Below the pieces are notes generated by a model. That model was not told where the DNA came from, searched no databases, and saw nothing but the letters and a program-made list of their open reading frames with translations. A stretch of 64,000 bases of DNA, taken from IMG/VR virus record IMGVR_UViG_3300043567_000723; one strand, given 5' to 3'. Both the position numbers and the translations under genes were made by a program. Below are positions 41,308 through 50,544 of this stretch, piece by piece (the first letter of the stretch is position 1; every line of letters starts with the position of its first letter). The DNA is from a virus. Taxonomy: Duplodnaviria; Caudoviricetes.

Positions 41308-42291
41308 ATGTTGTTAGTAGACATGGAGCCAAACTTAGAGGTAAAAGCAGCCGCGGTGACAGGAGAAGTCACGCCGGCTAAACCCAGAAAGAAACGCGCA
41401 TCTAAACACGACTTTAAAGACGGTTGCGGTCGCGTGTTTGCGCATCGACATATAAACGGCGGTGGTTGGGTTGCAGACACCGCAGTAGTAGACGATAGAG
41501 TCGAAGTAGACAAAATGGCGCAAGTGTATCATTTCGCCAAAATTACCGGCAACGTAAAAATCAAACACAGAGCGAAAGTTGGCGGAACAGCTGTGTTGCG
41601 CGATTCTGTGCAGATCTTAAACCGTGCAGAAATTTTCGGAACTGCGCGCATAGAAGAAGAAGTTGTTGTCTCAAATAACGCGTCTGTTTTCGGCGGAACA
41701 ATCTGCGGAACGACGCAAATCAAAGAAAACGCGCAGATTCGAAATAAGCCGCTTATTCGTGACAGCGTGATTAGCGGATCAACGTCGATCAACGGATACG
41801 CGTCGTTGTTTGAGGTAACGTGCGAAGAGAATGTATTTATCAGCGGAGCTGCATTTATCGCTCATTCTGGTTTGCGTGGTTATATTTCTGTCGGCGGCGA
41901 TGCACGAATAATGTATAGTCAGCTTCGGCACAGTATTTACTTGCGTAATGATGTACCAGAAGACGATCAACGCTTAAAAGTTTGTGAACACGCAACAATT
42001 TGTTCGTGTGAACATATTAACGGTTATATTGCATTTACTGGTCATTCAAACACAGTTAATTGCCATATTGCGCTTTTGGCGCCAAATAATATCCGGTTAC
42101 AAACTGACGAGCAGGCATTTTTTGCCGGGCTGCGAATAAACACGCCGGCTATGTTTAACACGTATAACGTGCCGCCAAATGCGCGACCAGCTATGGGTAG
42201 TCAGCCTATGCAGCCGCTCAACAGACCAGTCGACATGTCGGTACTTTCTCCTCCGCGTCGTCTAATGTCCGCTAACGAGGCCCCGGTATGA
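41308..42291 (+). CDS. Hexapeptide-repeat (LpxA-like beta-helix) protein
   Basis: HINGGGWVADTA.V followed by A.V.G.A.I-type hexapeptide periodicity. Confidence 0.75.
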   Translation: MLLVDMEPNLEVKAAAVTGEVTPAKPRKKRASKHDFKDGCGRVFAHRHINGGGWVADTAVVDDRVEVDKMAQVYHFAKITGNVKIKHRAKVGGTAVLRDSVQILNRAEIFGTARIEEEVVVSNNASVFGGTICGTTQIKENAQIRNKPLIRDSVISGSTSINGYASLFEVTCEENVFISGAAFIAHSGLRGYISVGGDARIMYSQLRHSIYLRNDVPEDDQRLKVCEHATICSCEHINGYIAFTGHSNTVNCHIALLAPNNIRLQTDEQAFFAGLRINTPAMFNTYNVPPNARPAMGSQPMQPLNRPVDMSVLSPPRRLMSANEAPV

Positions 42292-42551
42292 ACATCTTTA
42301 TCCGACCAAACGGAAACGCACAATGTTTATATGGCGAAAATATCAATCTCGCCAAGTTGGGGCAACTGGATATCAAACGTGCAAGTCACGTAGAACCAAA
42401 CGAAAACAAACCCGGTGAATGGATTGCAGACTTAGCCCCTGTGGGCGGTCCGCTTTTTGAGGGTTTTGATTCTCGTGCCGCGGCTCTTGCGGCGGAAGAA
42501 AAATGGCTCAACGCAAAAATGGCGCAGTTTAATATACATGTGGTGACGTAA
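42288..42551 (+). CDS. Small conserved protein of the DUF1257/DUF2997/AAA cluster
   Basis: CLYGE.I.L..LG.L.I.RASHVEP..W.ADL.PV.GP...GF..R..AL.AE..WL. Confidence 0.7.
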   Translation: MNIFIRPNGNAQCLYGENINLAKLGQLDIKRASHVEPNENKPGEWIADLAPVGGPLFEGFDSRAAALAAEEKWLNAKMAQFNIHVVT

Positions 42552-42946
42552 TGCACCCTGTAACGTGGACTGTCGAAGATTCGTCGACCTCTAATCCGCT
42601 TGGGAAGTCAGGCGAATTTGAATTTGAAGTCGATTTTATTTTTGAGCCAGAAGAACAACAAGTTCGATATGACAGTGATCTTGGTGGTTATCCGGGTAGT
42701 CCCGCGCGCGCAATTGTCTCTGACGTTTGTTGCACGCACGTGTCTTTAACTGGCGAAGAACCAAGAGAACCCGAAAAGGTAGAAAATAAAAAACTGCAAC
42801 AGTGGTTTTTTGATTGGCTAGAACAACATCCAAAAGAAGAGAACGCGTTGTGCTCGCGTGCACTTAAACTCAATGACCCGTCTAACGATGTGACAGACTG
42901 GGAAATAGAGGCTGAAGAGCGCGACCGCTTAGATGATTATTTTTAG
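42551..42946 (+). CDS. Hypothetical acidic protein
   Basis: TAATG overlap. Confidence 0.7.
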   Translation: MHPVTWTVEDSSTSNPLGKSGEFEFEVDFIFEPEEQQVRYDSDLGGYPGSPARAIVSDVCCTHVSLTGEEPREPEKVENKKLQQWFFDWLEQHPKEENALCSRALKLNDPSNDVTDWEIEAEERDRLDDYF

Positions 42947-43123
42947 TTTTGGATACCCCGCCGGTAGGATTGCCGGCAAATTTGGGGTTGCATAAAAATT
43001 CGAATCGGCTATACACATGTAGCCGTGCAATACTGCGACGCACACTTGGTGGAACCAACGTGCGCCGCATTTGAAAAACGGACGCGTGTCCGTTTTCAAT
43101 GTTCGGTGGTTTTAAAGGAGTTC

Positions 43124-43459
43124 ATGATGAAGTCTTTCTTTGCTGCTTTTGTTCTTTCTTTCGTCTCGTTCGTTTCGGCGGCCTCTGCCGGCGAGGGCCC
43201 GCAGAGCGTGCTCCAGCAGCCAACGGTTGCTGAGTCCGTTGCTGCGGCTCCGGCCTGTGAGACCGTCGTTGCGAGCCAGCCCGCCGTGGTTTGCGCTTCT
43301 GGCAACTGCCAGCGGCTCTACACCGCGGACACCAAGTCCACCGAGAGCTGTCGGAATCGGCTGTTCGGTGGTAAGGTGGTGAAGAAGGTAAGCCGTACGG
43401 TTGTTCGTCCGGTTCGTGAGCGCGCTCGCGACTGCGGCGGCAACTGCGCTTGCCGTTGA
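43124..43459 (+). CDS. Secreted Cys-rich small protein (Sec signal peptide)
   Basis: AAGGAG SD; MMKSFFAAFVLSFVSFVSAASA signal; C-terminal DCGGNCACR. Confidence 0.75.
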   Translation: MMKSFFAAFVLSFVSFVSAASAGEGPQSVLQQPTVAESVAAAPACETVVASQPAVVCASGNCQRLYTADTKSTESCRNRLFGGKVVKKVSRTVVRPVRERARDCGGNCACR

Positions 43460-43488
43460 ACATCTGACAGCATTTAGGCAGTACGCCA

Positions 43489-43527
43489 AGGAGGGCGTCG
43501 AGCTTGCTCGGCGCCCTCCTGCTTTTT
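43489..43527 (+). terminator. Rho-independent terminator
   Basis: AGGAGGGCGTCGAGC/GCTCGGCGCCCTCCT then GCTTTTT. Confidence 0.85.
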
Positions 43528-43540
43528 ACAAGGATACAGA

Positions 43541-43765
43541 ATGAAATACTACTGCGTGCGAATCAATGTGACGTCTACGGAAGAATATCTAGTTGCCGCT
43601 GAAGATATCAATGCAGCCAGTTTGATTGCCGGCGATCTTGACCCTAGAAACGCCAACGACGCCGACGCATTTATGACACGCGAATACCAAAATACGAGCA
43701 CAGATATTTCCGAGGTTGACAGCGCTGTGTGGGAAGAAGAAAAACTCAATCGGGGGATCAAATAA
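43541..43765 (+). CDS. Hypothetical protein
   Basis: SD AAGGA. Confidence 0.65.
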   Translation: MKYYCVRINVTSTEEYLVAAEDINAASLIAGDLDPRNANDADAFMTREYQNTSTDISEVDSAVWEEEKLNRGIK

Positions 43766-44274
43766 TGGGTATTGATATTTATTTGGAATGGGACAACATG
43801 TCCGAAGAGGACCGGAAAGCGCAAGCTACCGGATTTTCGATCACATCTGGAAATGTTGGCTATTTGCGAGAAGCGTACCACGGCGGGCCATACGCCACGC
43901 GTATCCTTGTGCGTGAAGCGTTTGAGGCCGACAACTGTAAAGCGCCTATTCCAGCCGCAATAATGCGCGAGCGGCTAACCAGCCTGACAGAACCTGATTA
44001 CGGAGCTACCGGCGGACACAAGCTTGCCGCCGCGGTAGTTGAGCTACTCAGCAGTATGAACGGGCCAGACGACAATCACACGTTTGTTCAAGCAGATACG
44101 ACACGCCCGATGAGCGTAGAAGAAGCTGTACGCGAACGTATGCGCCGGTTATACCCCGACGCTACACCAGACTTTGTCAACGAGGTTGTTGAGTCGTTTC
44201 GTGCGTTTGTCGCACTCGCAGAAGACAAGGAAAAAAAGACTGGCAAACCATGCACCGTGTTGGCGTCTTATTGA
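43765..44274 (+). CDS. Hypothetical protein
   Basis: TAATG overlap; MGIDIYL..GYLRE.YH phage-type motif. Confidence 0.7.
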   Translation: MGIDIYLEWDNMSEEDRKAQATGFSITSGNVGYLREAYHGGPYATRILVREAFEADNCKAPIPAAIMRERLTSLTEPDYGATGGHKLAAAVVELLSSMNGPDDNHTFVQADTTRPMSVEEAVRERMRRLYPDATPDFVNEVVESFRAFVALAEDKEKKTGKPCTVLASY

Positions 44275-44280
44275 GCAATC

Positions 44281-44730
44281 ATGGCAAAAACTAAAACAAC
44301 AAAAACCCCGGTTGAGCAGATTAAAGATTTTTGCACTGTGCTTCATGCGTTTGGCGTTTCACGCGTTGAAGCTGAGTACTGCGGCAGCGGAGACTCCGGC
44401 GATTTTGACACGATAATGTACGACTTTAATGATACCTCTGCCGCAAATACATCGCAGATAAGAGACACGGGCGTGGCTCCGCACAATTCACCACTGCGAA
44501 TGGTGCACAAGGACGGTCTCCTAGAAAAATTAAATAACCCCGGCGGAGACATCATTACAAAAAAAAAGTTAGATGTGTTCGAAAATAACTTGTTTCATTT
44601 GCTGCCCGGTGGTTGGGAAATAGATTCCGGTAGTTTTGGCAGCATTGTCGTCGACGTGGCAAGGAAGACAATTCACGTCCATCACAACGAACGAATCGAA
44701 GAAGTAAATTCAACAACATATGATTTCTAA
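44281..44730 (+). CDS. DUF6878-like protein
   Basis: L...GV..VE.EY.GSGDSG..GWEI..GSFG.I..DV. Confidence 0.7.
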   Translation: MAKTKTTKTPVEQIKDFCTVLHAFGVSRVEAEYCGSGDSGDFDTIMYDFNDTSAANTSQIRDTGVAPHNSPLRMVHKDGLLEKLNNPGGDIITKKKLDVFENNLFHLLPGGWEIDSGSFGSIVVDVARKTIHVHHNERIEEVNSTTYDF

Positions 44731-44975
44731 TGCCACGTAAATTTTCGCCTGACCTGCATTGCGCTACGGTCACAGTTCTTGAGTTTATTCGCGTTGCGGT
44801 AACGCATTTTCCGAAAACAACGGACAAGATCCTTACACATATGGATCTATCCGACGAGGGTTTTGACGAAGAAATCGACGTGCTCGAAAACATGCTGGCG
44901 GCCGCTGACGAGAAGGACAAAAAGCACGAACGAATTGTGCCGCGGCTGGCAGAGCAAAAAGAGGACGAAGATTAA
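44730..44975 (+). CDS. Hypothetical protein
   Basis: TAATG overlap. Confidence 0.6.
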   Translation: MPRKFSPDLHCATVTVLEFIRVAVTHFPKTTDKILTHMDLSDEGFDEEIDVLENMLAAADEKDKKHERIVPRLAEQKEDED

Positions 44976-44995
44976 ACAAGAAAGACAACACAACC

Positions 44996-45271
44996 ATGAC
45001 ACCCGGAACACAGTATCGCGTAATCAAGCCTGATGCTCGATTGCAGTGGTGGAAGCCTTGTGGGCCCAACTGTCAGCAGGGCGCAAGCCTAAAGCTGGCC
45101 GTCGGCGACATCATTACATACGAACGTAACGCGTATGGCGGCGGGAGCGACGACGTTAATTACGACTACTTCAGCAAAGACGGCAAGTGCGGCGCGTTCT
45201 GGCCTAACAACTGGGGCTCGTGCGACAAGAGTTTCTTTGAGCCCGTAGATGAACCTGTCGGTGCCGCATGA
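44996..45271 (+). CDS. Hypothetical protein
   Basis: Operon spacing. Confidence 0.65.
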   Translation: MTPGTQYRVIKPDARLQWWKPCGPNCQQGASLKLAVGDIITYERNAYGGGSDDVNYDYFSKDGKCGAFWPNNWGSCDKSFFEPVDEPVGAA

Positions 45272-45477
45272 CTATAGACGACGCAATTAGAAACCTAGAG
45301 TCGGCCAAACGCGGCGGCACAAAAAGCATCATCCTTGCGTGGTGGTCAGCCGATATGTTTGACCGAGAAGATAACGACGAATGGGAACACGCCACCGAAG
45401 TCGTTGAGGACAAAATGGATTGGTCAGCTGCGCACAGCGATTTACATCAAGTTCTTGACCTTTACACAAACGAATAA
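45268..45477 (+). CDS. Hypothetical protein
   Basis: ATGA overlap. Confidence 0.65.
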   Translation: MTIDDAIRNLESAKRGGTKSIILAWWSADMFDREDNDEWEHATEVVEDKMDWSAAHSDLHQVLDLYTNE

Positions 45478-45947
45478 TGAACGTGCACAAACAACTGTGC
45501 ACACCAACTGGCGTGCAAGAAGCGGCTAAAGAATGGTGGGATTGCAACGTCTCCACAGAAATAGCAGAAAAGCTCAGCGCAAAGTACGTAAAACAGCGCA
45601 AAAAACCGATGGAAGCAAGTATTAAAACCGGCAGCACAAATAGCGCGTTGGCCGGCGGCCACCTTGTTTGGCTTAAAAATATGTTAAACGAAGCCGGTTT
45701 ATTGCCGGTGTCGGGCTCGCCGCCGCCGGACGATAAAGCTGTTGCCGTGACAGCTGTTTTGCACGTTGGTTTTATTACGCTTGCTGAAACCGAAAAGATG
45801 ATTGAGCGACTTCAAAACGAAGAACAGCTTGAAGAAACAAACGCGCCGGCCAGATCAAAGATATTTAAAACAGCACAAAAACAAACAATCACACCGATTG
45901 ATGCAACGGCTAGCATAGTGACGCACAGTACGCAAGAAGACAAATAA
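45477..45947 (+). CDS. Hypothetical protein
   Basis: TAATG overlap. Confidence 0.65.
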   Translation: MNVHKQLCTPTGVQEAAKEWWDCNVSTEIAEKLSAKYVKQRKKPMEASIKTGSTNSALAGGHLVWLKNMLNEAGLLPVSGSPPPDDKAVAVTAVLHVGFITLAETEKMIERLQNEEQLEETNAPARSKIFKTAQKQTITPIDATASIVTHSTQEDK

Positions 45948-45957
45948 AGGACGAATA

Positions 45958-46341
45958 ATGGCACACCCATATCACCACGCACTGTCGTCAGTACGCAAGT
46001 GGGGCGGCTGCGTAGAAGACTACCAGCCAATCCACGACTGGTTCGATGAGTCCAAAGCGCACATGGCTGATTTCAGACACAGGGCGCTCAGGCATCATTC
46101 CGAAGGGATTTTCTTATCAGAAAAAATCTTTGGCAAAACAATCACAAATAGCGACGGCCGCGTTGTGCCCGTCCGGTACGTTGGCGAGCAACACGTAAAC
46201 GAAGACCTTGGTCGAATTCCGTCAGTCGCGGACTGGCTGCGCTGCATTCGTCCTAGCGACGACGCCGCGTGGATGTTTGGTCGCGGTAAAAACCTAGAGA
46301 AGGAGTTAGCTGATGCCGATTTGTCGGTTCAAAGCGTCTGA
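45958..46341 (+). CDS. DUF6915-like protein
   Basis: MAHPYHHA.SS..KWGG..DY..IHDWFD.SK...D.RHRALRHH.EGIF..E..FG. Confidence 0.85.
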   Translation: MAHPYHHALSSVRKWGGCVEDYQPIHDWFDESKAHMADFRHRALRHHSEGIFLSEKIFGKTITNSDGRVVPVRYVGEQHVNEDLGRIPSVADWLRCIRPSDDAAWMFGRGKNLEKELADADLSVQSV

Positions 46342-46777
46342 GCTAAAGCGCTGCATTAATCACGCCCGCGCATCGACAGAATGGGAAATGGGTTACGAAA
46401 ATATGACTGACGAGCAGTTAGCAGAAGTTGGTTTACCGCCAATAGCGAATCGCACGCCAGTCGGCCCGTGTCTTTTATTTGTGCACGATAGCGGTGTGTA
46501 CCTGATGAGCAACGGTATTCCGCGAGACTTAGATGAAAGCGAACGGCGAGAAAAGTCATACGCTGTATACGCCGAAGATTGTAACCCGATACACAACGAA
46601 GACTGCTGGGAAACTAGCCGCGCATTAGTTGGCGGCGACGACTTTGTGGAAACAATTCCGATTCCTAAAAGCTGGCTAGATGCCTGCGATCAGTTTGAAA
46701 CGTTTGAAATTAAGATTGACAACGCCGTCATAGATTGCGGCTTTGCTGACCCCATCCTTTCTTCTCCAACTAATTAA
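46313..46777 (+). CDS. DUF3085-like protein
   Basis: LLFVHD.GVYLMSN..YAE.CNP..GGDDFVE. Confidence 0.8.
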   Translation: MPICRFKASELKRCINHARASTEWEMGYENMTDEQLAEVGLPPIANRTPVGPCLLFVHDSGVYLMSNGIPRDLDESERREKSYAVYAEDCNPIHNEDCWETSRALVGGDDFVETIPIPKSWLDACDQFETFEIKIDNAVIDCGFADPILSSPTN

Positions 46778-46778
46778 C

Positions 46779-48206
46779 ATGAAGTCCAAAATTTCCAAGG
46801 CTCACCGCGCAATTGTACGAAACACGCTTGATCGCTGGGTGCAGAACTTAACAGACGGAACGCCTGACGTTCATAAAGCTGAAGAATATCTTCGCGCTGG
46901 TTACAACAACGGTATTGGCTCGTTTCGCCGAGACAAATACAAGAAAATGGACGTGGATTTTCATGTAGTCCCGTCACCTATTGCATTTATGATTGCCGTA
47001 ACTGTAGCGCGTGGGCGTATGAGCAAACGGGCAGGAAAAGATCTGTGTCACGAGCTGGGCATTGAGTCCGGGTTTCTACGAGATATTCACCGAGACTCGT
47101 TGCTGAAGTGGAACCCGGAGACTAGCCGTTGGCGGCAAGAAGCAAACAACGAATTTACGCGTACGTGGCTCAGGGCTATTCGAGAAGAATATTTGTCTGA
47201 CGAACAATTGGTAGCGTCGGTCAATGGCGTAGCGCGACGATGGTGGCGAAATAGCAACCGGGATGACAATCTTGTGCAGATGATGTACCGCACAAATGAC
47301 CTAGCGCAGGTTATACCAATACTGCACTCGCTTCTTAATGACTCTCTTGGCTTAGAGAAAGTAAATCAGACTGCGCGATCGTGGGACGGTCGTCAGACTA
47401 CTTTCCAACGTTCCAAGGCAGAAAGTCGCCGCAACGAGCTAGTTAATAAAATCATCTGGGACAGCGGTACGACCAGAGGATCGCTTGGAGAGTTGCGGCG
47501 CGCTGTCGATATAAACGATCTTATGCGGGCGGACACAAGCGATAACGTAAATCCGTGGTTAGGTTCAGTGCCGAAAGCTGTTGACGCAGAAATCCTCTGC
47601 AAAATTCTAAAGATTGACGACGCTGAAATGACGTGGGAGCATGAAGTGTTTCATCACTGCACAGCTTTTGCAGCGTTTCAGCGGTCGTGCATTGTTTTAT
47701 CCGCGCGTCCGCAACTCAGCATGAACGAAGAAGGTAATTTGCATAATACAACTGGCCCGGCTGTGTCGTGGGCTGATGGCACACAGCTCTGGTACAACGA
47801 CGGTCACTACCTCAACGAATGCGGCAAGCGTATTGTCGCTGAACCACATAAGCTGTCGACGGCGCATATTCTTGAGATTAACAACGAAGAAACACGCCGA
47901 GTTGCCATTGAAAAGTTTGGATGGGATCGTTTTATCGCAGAAGCTGATTGTCCAGTTATTGATCGCCGTGTAAATGACATTGATAACACAATCGAAATGC
48001 TGGTCGGCCCACCCCGCGCTGATGAGGGTCGCGCCCGTCAAAACCGAATGGTTCTGTTCTGTCGGTCAACCGGTCGCCGTTACTTTTTAGGCGTACCGCG
48101 AAACGTTGAATCGTGCGAGGCGGCTCAGACGTGGATGTCTGATTCTGGTAGCAACCCGCTTATTCCCTATTCGGCCATGCCAATGCGGCTGGTCGGAGCA
48201 TCGTGA
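46779..48206 (+). CDS. DUF6745-domain protein
   Basis: LHN.TGPAV.W.DG..LWY.DG..I..I.N.E.RRV.IE.FGW. Confidence 0.75.
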   Translation: MKSKISKAHRAIVRNTLDRWVQNLTDGTPDVHKAEEYLRAGYNNGIGSFRRDKYKKMDVDFHVVPSPIAFMIAVTVARGRMSKRAGKDLCHELGIESGFLRDIHRDSLLKWNPETSRWRQEANNEFTRTWLRAIREEYLSDEQLVASVNGVARRWWRNSNRDDNLVQMMYRTNDLAQVIPILHSLLNDSLGLEKVNQTARSWDGRQTTFQRSKAESRRNELVNKIIWDSGTTRGSLGELRRAVDINDLMRADTSDNVNPWLGSVPKAVDAEILCKILKIDDAEMTWEHEVFHHCTAFAAFQRSCIVLSARPQLSMNEEGNLHNTTGPAVSWADGTQLWYNDGHYLNECGKRIVAEPHKLSTAHILEINNEETRRVAIEKFGWDRFIAEADCPVIDRRVNDIDNTIEMLVGPPRADEGRARQNRMVLFCRSTGRRYFLGVPRNVESCEAAQTWMSDSGSNPLIPYSAMPMRLVGAS

Positions 48207-48226
48207 TTTTCACAGGAGTTTTAGAC

Positions 48227-48844
48227 ATGAGTACTGCAGTTCTCGACGATCGCACCATCAACCACCCGGCTGTCCTCGCTTTGCGTGAGGCGCAGGCTAC
48301 GGTGGAAAGTATTAAGAATGACGCGCCGCAGTATTTCCCGGAGGCTGCGAGCGTTGGCGACGCCGTTCGGCAGGGCGACATCTATATCCAGCTCATCGAG
48401 CCGGTGACCAAGACGCCGTTTTTATACCGCAACGCCTTTCCAACGTTCCCAATGCAGCTGGCTGACGGTAACACCAAGGGCAGCCGACACTGCCTTGCGC
48501 GCGGTAACGGCGTTACGGTGTACGCCCCGGTTGGCGTTAACAGCTTAGAAATGCTGTCGGACGTTGCTGCGCAATTTGGTATCAAGCCGTCAGATGTCGA
48601 CTGGACCACAAAGCTACGCAACGCCGAGTGGGAAGAACGTCGTACGGCTTCACCGCAGAAGAACACACATACCGTGAATGCCGCGCAAATGCTCACGTTT
48701 GCCGGACCGATCTTCAACCTGACGGAAACTAACACTGTAACGCACCCTGAGCACGGGGACTGGATTCTGCCGCCCGGCTCATACCGTGTCACTTATCAGC
48801 GAACCGTGGCGCGTGACAACACGGTCACGCGAGTCCTCGACTGA
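48227..48844 (+). CDS. Conserved partner of DUF6745 proteins (His-rich beta-barrel-like)
   Basis: RQGDI..LA.G..GSRH..THPEH..I.LPPG.Y.V..QR. Confidence 0.7.
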   Translation: MSTAVLDDRTINHPAVLALREAQATVESIKNDAPQYFPEAASVGDAVRQGDIYIQLIEPVTKTPFLYRNAFPTFPMQLADGNTKGSRHCLARGNGVTVYAPVGVNSLEMLSDVAAQFGIKPSDVDWTTKLRNAEWEERRTASPQKNTHTVNAAQMLTFAGPIFNLTETNTVTHPEHGDWILPPGSYRVTYQRTVARDNTVTRVLD

Positions 48845-48855
48845 TAGATATCTAA

Positions 48856-49293
48856 ATGCAACCACACCCGGACGGTAGCCTCAAAAACTACCGTCCGGGT
48901 TTATCTAAGAGTAGACGAATGACAAAAACAGAAATGCTTTGGACAGACGTATCGCCGGACGTAGTAAAAGCAGCCGCAGAACTGTGTGACGGGCACAGCA
49001 TCTTTGACCCGGAAGCGCTGCGGGAAGTTGGCGTGCCACCAGCACTAGTCGAGCGCTTTACCGAGATCTTTGAGAGCGATTTCAGCAATCCAAAGGCCAC
49101 GATCTTTGATAACAAAACCGGTAAGCCGGTCAATCAGATGAGCGGCGTCTACGGCTACAACGTGCTGTCGGGAATGGTTCGCGACTTGCAGCTACTGTGT
49201 GCACCAAAGTTTGGGCGCGGGTTTCAAGCTGAAGTATGGAAAAAAGCAATTTTTGACTACTGTGACGGCGCAAAGCCGGCGGAGAATTTATGA
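48856..49293 (+). CDS. Hypothetical protein
   Basis: Operon spacing; start uncertain. Confidence 0.65.
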   Translation: MQPHPDGSLKNYRPGLSKSRRMTKTEMLWTDVSPDVVKAAAELCDGHSIFDPEALREVGVPPALVERFTEIFESDFSNPKATIFDNKTGKPVNQMSGVYGYNVLSGMVRDLQLLCAPKFGRGFQAEVWKKAIFDYCDGAKPAENL

Positions 49294-49757
49294 ACGAGGC
49301 CGACCTGCAACTGCAATACATGGTGGCGAATAAAGAACCCGTAACAGCAGAAGTTATAGAAGCATTAATCTTGCGAGCTTTTGCGAATCACTTCTGCGAC
49401 GTGGATAACGCAGAGACGGCTGGCAACGTTATTTCCAGTTTATGCGGCTGCCTGTGCGACATGCGGCTTGGCGAAGCTTACGCAGCCGGCGAAGAACAAG
49501 AAACAGTTGTTGAGACGCAAATCCTAAGTGGCTCAGACGCAGAAACATGCTACTGCAACGAAGTTATTCGGCTGTACTGTGAGCGCGGGTTTGACAGGCT
49601 GTACGCCGAAGAATCTGCATCATGGCCAGATGTACTTCCAATGAGCAGCGAATATCTAGAAAACACGCTGCACAAGCTGGCAGCACTAGAAGTTGGGCAT
49701 GACCTTATCGTGCTTGATTACCTTCGCGCAACGGCAGCACGTAAACGTAAAGGTTAA
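49290..49757 (+). CDS. Hypothetical protein
   Basis: ATGA overlap, GGAG SD. Confidence 0.7.
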   Translation: MNEADLQLQYMVANKEPVTAEVIEALILRAFANHFCDVDNAETAGNVISSLCGCLCDMRLGEAYAAGEEQETVVETQILSGSDAETCYCNEVIRLYCERGFDRLYAEESASWPDVLPMSSEYLENTLHKLAALEVGHDLIVLDYLRATAARKRKG

Positions 49758-49759
49758 AA

Positions 49760-50032
49760 ATGGTCTCGATAAATAGTAATTTTGAATTAGATCATCCGTC
49801 TGACGACGTTTTGGAATTCTGCAAAAACATCGTGCGCGTTATTGCGGACGGCGGTGTGTGGGGAATTCCAAGATCTAACACAATCTTTCGTTTAGACCAC
49901 AAAAACAAACGACTGGTACTTATAAACGCCGGCAACGACGATGACGCAGATTTTCTTGCAACGCAGCGAGTATTTAAACACATTGGCTGGGACGTAGTAG
50001 AAAAAGAAGACCATGGAACAACAAAATCATGA
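49760..50032 (+). CDS. Hypothetical protein
   Basis: Operon spacing. Confidence 0.65.
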   Translation: MVSINSNFELDHPSDDVLEFCKNIVRVIADGGVWGIPRSNTIFRLDHKNKRLVLINAGNDDDADFLATQRVFKHIGWDVVEKEDHGTTKS

Positions 50033-50543
50033 ATTGCTTGGTCTCGTTGTAGCCCGGCAACGCGCTCTTTGTGACGCGCTACGAAATACAGAGAAGAAAG
50101 AAGAAGACCAACTAGCTTTGCGGCACGCAGCGTTTATAGATACATGCCTGCCGCAAATATGGAATAGCATAATCGCGCTAGACATTCTTGTGCCGCACTA
50201 TAATGACGACAGGCGCGCGCTTACAATCCCGGCGCGGCGTTACGGTCGTTATGTACGCGCAAATGACGTCATTGTTGGGATTACGCTTAAACGGCACGGC
50301 GGCGGAGAAGCCACGTGGAAATGTCGTCGAACCAAGAGCGGCGAGATTAAATATATGGGCGATCTTGTAGAGGTTGACGACCGTTTAGAGTGCAACAAAG
50401 AATTTACAAAACAGCAATTTGAGCAGACGTTTATAAATCACGTCGCGCAGATTATCCCAGTTGATAAGCTGGAACACATCGAACCAGTTGACACAATTGA
50501 AAAGAAAGGGCGGCGTCGCGTTTTAGCGCCGCTAGCGCAGTAG
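50013..50543 (+). CDS. Hypothetical protein
   Basis: Operon spacing. Confidence 0.65.
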   Translation: MEQQNHELLGLVVARQRALCDALRNTEKKEEDQLALRHAAFIDTCLPQIWNSIIALDILVPHYNDDRRALTIPARRYGRYVRANDVIVGITLKRHGGGEATWKCRRTKSGEIKYMGDLVEVDDRLECNKEFTKQQFEQTFINHVAQIIPVDKLEHIEPVDTIEKKGRRRVLAPLAQ

Positions 50544-50544
50544 C

